Shown here: piece by piece, positions 13,426 through 22,400 of the stretch | Layout of the letters: each line of letters opens with the position of its first letter | How positions within the stretch are numbered: position 1 is the first letter of the stretch | NCBI GenBank assembly: GCA_965202585.1 | Contig: OZ241833.1 | Coordinates: 24,242,001-24,306,000 of the forward strand | Length of the DNA stretch: 64,000 nt | From: Thalia democratica | Taxonomy: Eukaryota | Reading direction: 5' to 3' | The notes under the pieces: model-generated | What the model saw: only the letters and a program-made list of their open reading frames with translations | Told to the model about the DNA's origin: nothing | The model's database searches: none | Position numbers and translations under genes: made by a program

Positions 13426-15918
13426 CTAATCTTCATGTTCTTTGTCTGAAAAGTTTTTATTTTCTATGCTGTCTCTCGTAATATCAATTACACAATCTTC
13501 AATATTCGTTTTGACGGGAGTGACCACGATTTCATTCAAGGTCACGACGCTGTCCGACGAAGCAAAACTAACTCGGTTGTGATTTGGCACTTTTTCATTT
13601 ATCTTCACTCTGCTCTGTTTCGGCGCGAAACATTTGGACGTCTGCCCTCTCTCAAGCTGCTCCCTGAGCTCTCTCAGCGCCACGATGCCGACCAGACGAC
13701 CCAGTTTCGTCACGAACACGTGATGCAGGCTCAGTAAGGAGAAGAGGGAGTGGACCTTGCGCAAGGTGGCCGTTCTGACAATGGTGAACGGCGACTCGTC
13801 AACTGGACACGTGGAAAAGTCTACCATCTCCTCGTGGATTTGAGAAAAGTTGGTGTTTTGTTTTGATGTCTCCGGGTGTTCAAAGTTGTTGTTGTCAGTT
13901 TGCAGCTGACTTACATTGGATAGACTGGTCGTGAACCTGCCGACTTTTCGTTCCTGCAAAACACTCGCAGAGTTATTATCACTTTGTTCTTCTTTCGCAC
14001 TTTCAAAACTGCTCATCAAGTCGTTCAAATCCTCCCTTGCGATCGAGCCGACCAAAACCATGTCGGCTTTGTTCTCGACCAAGGGGTAGCAGAAAAAATC
14101 GTGCTTGAGCAAACTCTTCAGCTCCCTGTACGTCGTTTCCGTCCTCGAAACGGACTTGACGTCATGCACCATGAACTGCTCGACCGTGACGCTGCTTAAG
14201 TACTTGTCGCTCCTCTTCAACTTGGGCAGGTACGGCAGCTCCTTGATCTTAATGATGCTCTCGTAGACGCTCGGCGAAATGAGACGGGCCACGGCGTTCG
14301 AGGCCAGCACCGCCAGCATGACGGGCAGCATGTGCAGCAACTGGCCGGTGACTTCAAAGGCGATGACCGCCGTGGAGATGGTGTGCGTCACCGCACCGCT
14401 GAAGCTGGCCGCCCCGACCACCGCGTACGCTCCCGGCATGACCCGGTGCGCGATCCCGCTCGATTCGTCGACGAAGTCTTGGGGCATCAGAAAAGCGGTG
14501 GTTTCCCCGACCAGGCGGCCGAACGCGGCGCCCAAGAGGAAGACGGGCATGAAGCAGCCGGAGGGCACGGCCAGGATGATGGAGCCGGCCGTCATCAGGA
14601 AGTGGACGACGCAGAAGAGGGAAAGAGTGAAGAAGACGCTCTTTTCGGGGTGGAAGAATCCGTTGTTGAGGAAAGGGGACGTCGCGTTGACGTCGGTGGC
14701 GTTCATGGAAAACCAGGTTCTGTTGTCGAAGAGCTGGGAAAGTGCCTGCTTCATTGTGAAGTCGCTGGCGATGTACTGGCCAATGTGAAACGGGTACGTG
14801 ATTAGCATGGTGGAAACCACGAACAGGATCGGGTATACAACAAAGTTCAGGCTCAGTAACTTTCTGATGATCTTTTTGTTTCTTATCAAGTTGACCAAAA
14901 ACTTATGGTACATGACAAACAAGGATCCGAGAAGACCGCACAGCACTCCAATTACTATCATTATACCAATTTCTTTCAAATCAAACGGAAAGTCGAGCCT
15001 GAAGTTGGTGTTTATGAGCGCGGTGATGGTATTTTCCTTCTTTGTGATAACCGCAAAGACCCTGAAAATAAACGCGCTGCATGTGGCGCAGAAAAACCCG
15101 CGCCAGTAGTCTCTGAGGGCGAAATGCGCCGAAATGACCTCGATGCTGAAGAGGACGCCACCTACCGGCGCAGCGAACGTGCAGGCCACCCCGACCGCGC
15201 ACGCTGCCGACAGGACGTGCACGTTCTTTGATTGGTCTTCGTAGGGGAAGGCGGCGAGCTTGTAGAAGCGGTCGTTGAGGAGGGTGGCCACGATGCTGGA
15301 TATGTGGACGAACGGGCCCTCCTTGCCGATGGGCAGCTTGGACCCGATGGCTGTCACGAGACCGACCACCTTTGCGATCAGCACTTTGAAGCTCAGGTAG
15401 TCGTACAGGTACACGCCGCGGAGGATTGTTTTTATTTCGGGTATTCCCGAGCCGATTGCTTGCGGCGAGACCAGGCTGACGAACTTGGCGCTGAATAAGA
15501 TTAACAGTAAGGGCAGACCGACCCAAACAGATACTGAAAGGAGTTTGTGGTGCAAGCAGTTTAAAAACAGCCAGTTTTGTGCTACGTGGATTGCAGTGAT
15601 GCAATAATCCAGAGCGAAGCTTAAAATTGCCATTAAAAGCCCCAAAATGAACAAAAACAACCACTCAGAAACCATGGAATACATAAAACAGTATTTCAAA
15701 GAAGTTATAGCTTTACTTATTAATCCTCCATCTTCAAGCGTAGTTTTTTGAACTGAAGGTCTGTCCTCCTTTTTGAAACTTGACATTCGTTTGTAAGCTT
15801 TCTTTGCAGCTTCGCTCAAATCTTTTTTGTGCTTGCCATACATCACCGTCTGCTCATACTCCATGCACTTGGCGCTTATTGACAGCGACCTCTGCCTGCT
15901 TTCTTGAAACTCAGCCAT
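13426..15918 (-). CDS. CLCN2: CLC chloride channel, ClC-2/ClC-a-like (channel type), 830 aa, single coding exon
   Basis: Motifs GSGIPE, GKEGP (gating Glu), GGVLFSIEV (Val at the proton-glutamate position, i.e. channel type) and GCFMP, with multiple TM helices and two CBS-like segments. A 3' splice site (...CCAAACAG, AG at 15925-15924) lies 5 nt before the ATG, so an upstream exon probably exists. Confidence 0.93.
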   Translation of the reverse strand: MAEFQESRQRSLSISAKCMEYEQTVMYGKHKKDLSEAAKKAYKRMSSFKKEDRPSVQKTTLEDGGLISKAITSLKYCFMYSMVSEWLFLFILGLLMAILSFALDYCITAIHVAQNWLFLNCLHHKLLSVSVWVGLPLLLILFSAKFVSLVSPQAIGSGIPEIKTILRGVYLYDYLSFKVLIAKVVGLVTAIGSKLPIGKEGPFVHISSIVATLLNDRFYKLAAFPYEDQSKNVHVLSAACAVGVACTFAAPVGGVLFSIEVISAHFALRDYWRGFFCATCSAFIFRVFAVITKKENTITALINTNFRLDFPFDLKEIGIMIVIGVLCGLLGSLFVMYHKFLVNLIRNKKIIRKLLSLNFVVYPILFVVSTMLITYPFHIGQYIASDFTMKQALSQLFDNRTWFSMNATDVNATSPFLNNGFFHPEKSVFFTLSLFCVVHFLMTAGSIILAVPSGCFMPVFLLGAAFGRLVGETTAFLMPQDFVDESSGIAHRVMPGAYAVVGAASFSGAVTHTISTAVIAFEVTGQLLHMLPVMLAVLASNAVARLISPSVYESIIKIKELPYLPKLKRSDKYLSSVTVEQFMVHDVKSVSRTETTYRELKSLLKHDFFCYPLVENKADMVLVGSIAREDLNDLMSSFESAKEEQSDNNSASVLQERKVGRFTTSLSNVSQLQTDNNNFEHPETSKQNTNFSQIHEEMVDFSTCPVDESPFTIVRTATLRKVHSLFSLLSLHHVFVTKLGRLVGIVALRELREQLERGQTSKCFAPKQSRVKINEKVPNHNRVSFASSDSVVTLNEIVVTPVKTNIEDCVIDITRDSIENKNFSDKEHED

Positions 15919-18314
15919 GTCGGCTGTTTGGTTGTGTGAGAAAAAAAGTGTGTTAGATATAATACTATCTAAAAATATTCGGTTCAGTGTAATTTTGGAT
16001 GAAATTTTTATGAAAATAATATTGGATCAAACTATATTGATCGACAACAAAGGTTACACAAAATATTTTTGTTAACATAATTAAAAAAAAGTGTACCTAA
16101 ACTTTAAACTTTTTTCATACAAATAAGTTAAGCGTTTAATGTTATTAAGTTTAAAAGCTTTAATCTACGAGCTATAAAATTTCAGATAACAATTTAAAAC
16201 ATGAGTTCTAAAAAGTTAAATTTCAATTTGTAATCAAGTTAATTTGTACACAAAACCGTTATAACACGTTTAAAATTTATGACTAGAGAAACCCTTTAGC
16301 TTATTCTTTAAAAAGTTTATAAAGTTTAAGACCACTTAGGTTTTACTGCATTTAAAAAAATATACTTTTTAGTCATGACGATTTATTTATAACACTTTAT
16401 CCATACCTTATCGATAGATCATTAAACTCAATAAAGGAAGATTTTTTAAACAATTTCATAACAAAAATGAACTATTTATAACAATTAATTAGACTAGTAA
16501 CAAAAAATTATTAAATAATCACTTAATTATGTAGTTATAAAAGTTTTAAACTTTACATAGTACAATTTTTGTTCAGCTATCATTTTAACTAAATTTTGTA
16601 TATGTATTACAATAAAACAAAGGTTCATCATTACAACACTCAAAATCTACTTTTCTTTGGAAAAACAAAAAAGGTCAAAACAAATAATTAAAAAATACAA
16701 AACTAGTTGAAACAAATAAACTTTAAAATACTATTTAGAACATAGACGACCCAATTTTTTTATATTAAAAAAATTCATAACTTTGCTGCAATACTTACTC
16801 ATTACAGTTTTACTTTTGTGACAATGACTAAAGCATTTAACAACGTGTCAATAATAAGGTGATATAAAATAAATCACAAAAATTGGTTTTAAATGGTAAA
16901 AAAAGTTTAAAATGTTATTTCTTGGTTTTAGTTTAAAAACTAACCTCAATCATACGTACAGATAGAATTGGTAATAATTAAAATATTATACAAAGATAGT
17001 TTACTATAAGTCTTACTTAACAAAGGTATTAACTTTAAACGCTAAAAGGTTTAAACATAATTAATTTCAGTACTTAAGTACTTAAACTTTGTTAAGATAC
17101 GTTTAACAAAATTTTTATTTATACTTTTTTATTAAGTAATATAAAGTGCAAATAAAATTTAAGTACAAAGAAAGTGGTACGATTTTAATTCATTCATTAG
17201 TTATGATATTTTTAATTATTTTAGCAAGTGATATTTTGTATAAGTGTTTGAATTTTTTGTAAATGGATGCATATAAAACAGTAATTATGTTGCTGTTTAT
17301 TTTTTATAAAAGTTATGCAAGCTTCACTATAATAAAGTTCAAACAAAGAAATTTACCCTTATAACGCATAAAAACATATGCTCTATAAAAACAATAATAC
17401 TTGTTAGATATTAAAATAATAAGATTTTATTATACATAATGTTTAGGGTTACGTTCATAACTTACAACACATTTTTTATATACTTTAATAGCTTAATTGA
17501 GGTTTTAAGTAGTTATTAATTCAAGATACTAGATGCCAAAAGAAAAGAATATTCATCTATAAACTGTTTTTAACTAACAAAACATTCTACATTTTTAGCT
17601 TTTTAATATCTTTTTACTGCTAAAAAATATGACTTATCATTAACAAAAGTAAAGTCATAAGCATGTTTAAACTAGTTGAATATTAAAGTAAATGCTTTAT
17701 TAGATAAAACACCAAAATCTTTTTGTACACATAAGTTACAAAATAATACTTCATTAACATTTAAGTGTTTTATTAGCATTATCATTTCTTATTCCTAATT
17801 ATACTATTTAACACATTCAAAGTATTTATAATTAAGTTGATTTATGATTTTGAGTGGAATTTAATAATTGGTTTTAACTATCTCTAACAGTTGTATATTT
17901 TATTTAAAAAATAAATGTTTTAAAATGACTAATTTTATATGTGTGCCCACAATTAAAACACTGTTATTGTTTCATTACACACAAAAGGTCTTATTATAAA
18001 ACTAAAAAAAAATTTCAAAGTGTAATAATAGTACGATCACACTTCGTTTAGTTATTATAGTTCTAAAATCTTAAAAACGTAACTTTTCGAACCTACTTAT
18101 ATCTATAACAATATATATGAGCTGTAAACATACTATCTGTTTTTATATATCCCAAAAACCTTTTAATATAAAATTCAATTTTTAAAACTAGCATTTAAAA
18201 AACTTAAATCATTGTATAATAATATAGGATTTTAATTTTTTAAATATAGGATTACTTTATTCATTACTTTACTTTGCTCTATAATATTAATATAATATAA
18301 TAATAGTTAATATA

Positions 18315-18318
18315 GTGT
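18315..18318. repeat. Target-site duplication GTGT (left)
   Basis: Matches 41018-41021 immediately outside the other LTR. Confidence 0.85.
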
Positions 18319-19111
18319 TATAACCACTGACCGATGGCTCGGTCGTAGTTAGGTTAGGTAATTGCTTATTATTGCTTTTCGCCTTAGTTTGCGACCGCGT
18401 CATGCGTTTTATGTCGTCCATCGATAAGCGTTTGGACGACATGAAATCTTAGTTAAAATATATATATATAATATTAAAACGTTCTAATATATATTCTAAT
18501 ATATATTCTAATATAATTATAAAACGTTCTAATGGAACGATCAATAACTTTAATGTATTGAGCTTATTTATAATCTAGTATCTAGAAAACAACTTTAAGT
18601 GAATGGTGAATTTATATACATTTAAAAACAAAACACGACAATGTGATAAAGTAACGTGATGAAGTTCTACCACAACTGACTCGAGGTTTTCTTAAGCTTA
18701 GTGACTGTACGCTGGTTACAATTTACAAAACTCAAGCAATTCTACTATCCTTTGCAGAGCTTCTATTCCCTTTGCCCAATCCGTCAACAACAACACAACA
18801 ACCCAAAACATCCTTTTAACACACTAAGGAAAACTTATTTATTTTTTTTACTCTCTTCTCTACTTACTACGTCACGCACAAGTCTTTCTGTAATTTTCCA
18901 CTTAAAACTTTGACTCCTTTGATGTAAATTCCACTTAACTTATCTTTGACTCCTTCATTGTACTTCTCGAAACAAGTAGTAAACTACTACTTGTTATACT
19001 ACCCTTCCTACCTTACTTAATTGATTTGTTTTTATCTTCTGAGTGCTAAAATATTTGAAGTTATTTTCTCGTTCTAGCTTTTGAAACAAGTAGAAGCTAC
19101 TACTTGTTATA
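18319..19111 (-). repeat. 3' LTR (793 bp), ends TATAAC...GTTATA
   Basis: Identical by eye to 40225-41017 and abutted by the PPT on its inner side. Confidence 0.95.
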
Positions 19112-19123
19112 CTACCCTTCCCT
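19112..19123 (-). promoter_or_regulatory. Polypurine tract
   Basis: The minus strand reads AGGGAAGGGTAG immediately before the 3' LTR start TATAAC. Confidence 0.85.
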
Positions 19124-19680
19124 AACTTCGTTTTTTTTTTTTTAATAATCTAAATGAGCACTTGTAGTTTGTATTTACTTTTGCTAGGCTAAAACCTCTA
19201 CCCAACTTAAGACACTGCACCCAAAAAAACCTCACTACAGTCGTTAGTAGAACTAAGAAAAAGTTAAATTACGAAATTAATTTTTTACAGGAAACTGTAA
19301 AACTTTACCTTAAAACATGAATTGTTCGAGACTCAAAATATGAGAAAATAAACACGAAAAAATTATGCTAGTATTTAAATTTACTGGAAGTCTCTATCAC
19401 TTCTTAATCTAAGTTTGAACAATGTTAATTTGGTTAAGCATGACAAAATAAAAAGCATTTTCATTGAAATAAAAATAAAATTCTTTAATAAAACAATAGT
19501 TTTCAGATTAATAGTTATTTTTAAATACTAAGAAAAACATTTTTTTGTAGAAATACACTAATAAAGTTTTTTAAAACGATTAAAAAAAATTAATTATAAG
19601 ATGTTAGCAATTACACACAATTTTTAAAACTGAAAAAAAATTAATTAATACCTAAGCTACAATTTGTCTTGTAAGTACGT

Positions 19681-19858
19681 ACACAGCTTCTCGTTGATAG
19701 GAACCTTCCGTTGCTGGAAAAGGAAATCTCTCGGACAAGGGGTTCGTTCTTCTGGGGGAAACTCGTAAAACACAGCTTCTCGTTGATAGGAACCTCCCGT
19801 TGCTGGAAAAGGAAATCTCTCGGACAAGGGGTTCGTTCTTCTGGGGAAAACTCGTAAA
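19681..19858. repeat. 89-bp tandem duplication in the 3' untranslated part of the element
   Basis: ACACAGCTTCTCGTTGATAGG...CTCGTAAA occurs at 19681 and 19770 with few mismatches. Confidence 0.9.
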
Positions 19859-19918
19859 ACCTTGGTGGAAAAGTGCTAGGGACTTAAAACTTAGCTTGAT
19901 TGAGAGGAAAACAGAGTG

Positions 19919-21997
19919 CTACATCGAACTCGGTTTGTCTTGTCCGAAAAACTCTGGTGTATTTAAATTTGTCTCATTTACACAAGGGAACCAATGCGAC
20001 AAATGATCTTCGTTTTTAAACGTTTCTTCTATTTCCGGAAAAGTTTTAGCTTCTTTAGAAACCGATTTCAAGGCCGTTCCCACCTGGAGGCAGTTCGAGA
20101 TTCCGTGCGACTGTTCCATAATCTCGGCTGTCCCATCTCTTTCATCTCCATTTTTCCAAATCTTTGATAATAACCCTCCGTCATTTGCTACTTTCTCTTT
20201 TTCTTTTTTTATAGATGACTTCGAGATTCCGTGCGACTGTTCCATGATCTCGGCTGTCCCATCTCTTTCATCTCCACTTTTCCAAATCTTTGATAATAAC
20301 CCTCCGTCATTTGCTACTTTCTCTTTTTCATTTTTTAAAGATGACTTTTGTTTTTTATTCAATTTTTTACTGTCTGTCTCAATCTCTTCCTTTCCTGTGT
20401 CTCTATATTTCATCTTGATATTTGGTTTATCCTCGGACGCAGTTCTTTTCACGACATTGATATCAATATCTCCACATTGAATAGAAAACAGGTGGTGTAT
20501 ATTTGTTTTTGCTTTGCAAAATCTCTCGAGTCCATCTTGAATGGTCAAGCAACTCATTTTTTCATCTTCTATATTTTTCAGTTTGAGCTCTTTAACTTGT
20601 TGTTTCCATTTGACTATTTCTTTACTATGTTTTTCTTCATGCTCTTTGTTTGCCTGTTTGAGTTCCTTTAACTCTTTCAAGAGATTTGTTATTCTTAGTT
20701 TTTTAGTTCTTAGTTTTTCTTGGATGTTTTCCTTTTTTCTCTTTTGCTTATTTAATCTTTCTTGTAATATTTCAATGGTATTGTTGGCATTAAGTATTTT
20801 GTCACAAAGCTCAGTTCCTTCCTTTCTATAATTTATTTCGTCCTGCCTTAAGTCATTTATAACTTCACTTTTTTTTCTAAGTTCGGCTTTTAACCTTTCT
20901 ACTTCAGTTCCCAAAAATTCCATTGCCCCTTTCACGCTAGAATCATTAAATGATTGTACAGCTTTCTTTATGAGTACTTCTTGTAAAAGTTCCACTAACT
21001 CATTTTCTTGGAGAGTTTCTTCCTCTTCATGTGTAACGTTTGAAAGATTTTTTTCATCCTCAATTACCATAACTTTTGTTGCATCCTTTTCTTTAATAAC
21101 CTCTTTTTGTTTGACCATTTTCTTGACATTTTTTTGGTCGTAGGCAAGGTGAGACTCTTTAGAATTTTTAACAAAACTTCCCACATCTTCGAGGTTGTTA
21201 GATCTTTCCTTTGCAACTTCCATTTCACTTAAAGTGTGCTTTTTTAGCTTAGTTGATGATTCATTTTCCACTCCTTCAGATATCTCCGTCTCTTGCATTT
21301 GAACTTTGCTATTTTCTTTTCGTTTCTCCTCCGTCGTATGTAAAATTTTTACACCAGATTGAGTTCGTACCTTTTGTGGTTTTGTTTCTTGAATCGTACC
21401 ATCTTCTTTTTGCTTTTTGTTAGTTGTCTGGGCTGCCTCTTCGCTAGTTGGCGTTCGTGCTCTTTTCGTTGGCATAGTAACCTGCTTCCCACTATTTCCT
21501 TTTTGTATGTTATTTGTCGAGGAAAATGTCCTATCTCCTGATTGCGTTTCTACTTTTCTTGATCTCGTAGCGCTGATATTTATTTTCATATTACTCTCCT
21601 GAATATTTTTTGATGTTGTCCATGACCCTTCATTAGATTGCCATCGTCTCGATGGCATTGTATTCCTACTCACATTCCTAGTTGGTTCGTATCTTGATTT
21701 GTTGAGTCTCATATCTTCTTCTCTTCTTGGCTGGTTATTTCTTAATGGATAGTTTGATCGTCTATAATATGAGGACCTGGAAGGTGGCGTTCTTCTATTA
21801 TCCCAGCGATAATGACTATTTGTTCGACGTATAATTCTTCTGTTTTCCGTTCTACCGTCATATCTTCTATCTTCAGAATCATATTTGTCTCTTCTGTGAT
21901 CACAATTTTTGTTTCCATCGATTTCTGTTAAACTATCAGTTTCGCTTGCCAACAAAGACACAGCGTCTTCGGATTTGTTCGTGCTGTTACAACTCAT
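19919..21997 (-). CDS. Orphan 692-aa accessory protein of the retroelement (R/S-rich N-terminus, central coiled coil, 2x42-aa C-terminal repeat)
   Basis: 2.08-kb open frame in very AT-rich DNA. It has a K/E-rich heptad region at about aa 360-480, an in-frame 126-bp duplication (20101/20227), and an AAAAATG start with a splice acceptor 20 nt upstream. Confidence 0.85.
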   Translation of the reverse strand: MSCNSTNKSEDAVSLLASETDSLTEIDGNKNCDHRRDKYDSEDRRYDGRTENRRIIRRTNSHYRWDNRRTPPSRSSYYRRSNYPLRNNQPRREEDMRLNKSRYEPTRNVSRNTMPSRRWQSNEGSWTTSKNIQESNMKINISATRSRKVETQSGDRTFSSTNNIQKGNSGKQVTMPTKRARTPTSEEAAQTTNKKQKEDGTIQETKPQKVRTQSGVKILHTTEEKRKENSKVQMQETEISEGVENESSTKLKKHTLSEMEVAKERSNNLEDVGSFVKNSKESHLAYDQKNVKKMVKQKEVIKEKDATKVMVIEDEKNLSNVTHEEEETLQENELVELLQEVLIKKAVQSFNDSSVKGAMEFLGTEVERLKAELRKKSEVINDLRQDEINYRKEGTELCDKILNANNTIEILQERLNKQKRKKENIQEKLRTKKLRITNLLKELKELKQANKEHEEKHSKEIVKWKQQVKELKLKNIEDEKMSCLTIQDGLERFCKAKTNIHHLFSIQCGDIDINVVKRTASEDKPNIKMKYRDTGKEEIETDSKKLNKKQKSSLKNEKEKVANDGGLLSKIWKSGDERDGTAEIMEQSHGISKSSIKKEKEKVANDGGLLSKIWKNGDERDGTAEIMEQSHGISNCLQVGTALKSVSKEAKTFPEIEETFKNEDHLSHWFPCVNETNLNTPEFFGQDKPSSM

Positions 21998-22017
21998 TTT
22001 TAATTAAACCAAAAATG

Positions 22018-22179
22018 CTGTTAAGAAGAATAATTGTTATCCAAACGTTATTATATGTATATTTTATTTATTTATTTATTATTTTTATATTTTTATATTT
22101 TTTAACCAACTCATGTTTTATTTTTTTATTTTTGGATAAATATTATTTTCAGTAAATTTTATAGGTTCATATTACTTAC
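22018..22179 (-). other. Putative 162-bp intron upstream of the 692-aa ORF
   Basis: GTAAGT donor (22179-22174), TTATTCTTCTTAACAG acceptor (AG at 22019-22018) and an extremely AT-rich interior. Confidence 0.55.
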
Positions 22180-22193
22180 TTTACTCTATTGTT

Positions 22194-22400
22194 TCAATGC
22201 ATTCTCAATTTAAGTATACTGTGGCTCTGTTTTTTTTTTTTTTTTTTTTTTTTTTTGAAAGTGATGTGATGAAGAAATAATGTGTTTAATATTATAATAA
22301 TTATCCCTGACCTTGTTGCTAATGAAGGAAAAAGGAAAAACAAAAAAAAAAATAATAAAACCAATATATACATGATCAGTAACGGCCACCTATTTCTCAT
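22194..22400 (-). CDS. Possible small hydrophobic ORF (68 aa) overlapping the env stop codon (ATGA)
   Basis: ATG overlaps the env TGA. A hydrophobic stretch is followed by poly-Lys that derives from an A27 run, so it may be compositional. Confidence 0.2.
   Translation of the reverse strand: MRNRWPLLIMYILVLLFFFLFFLFPSLATRSGIIIIILNTLFLHHITFKKKKKKKKKQSHSILKLRMH

Noticed and set aside
18311-18319. 9-bp TATAGTGTT shared by both outer junctions as a site-specific recombination core
   Set aside because: Explained by the 4-bp TSD plus chance AT-rich matches to the TATA termini; the element encodes a DDE integrase.
18701-18913. 70-aa ORF MTVRWLQ..., repeated at 40607-40819
   Set aside because: Short, antisense, low-complexity frame within U3; it is duplicated only because the LTR is.
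18319-19111. Identical 793-bp repeats as an assembly error
   Set aside because: The inner junctions differ correctly (PPT at one, PBS at the other) and the outer junctions share a TSD.
22225-22256. Rhabdovirus-like gene junction (A-run followed by AACAG)
   Set aside because: Only a 5-nt match next to a long homopolymer, and not repeated at the other ORF borders.
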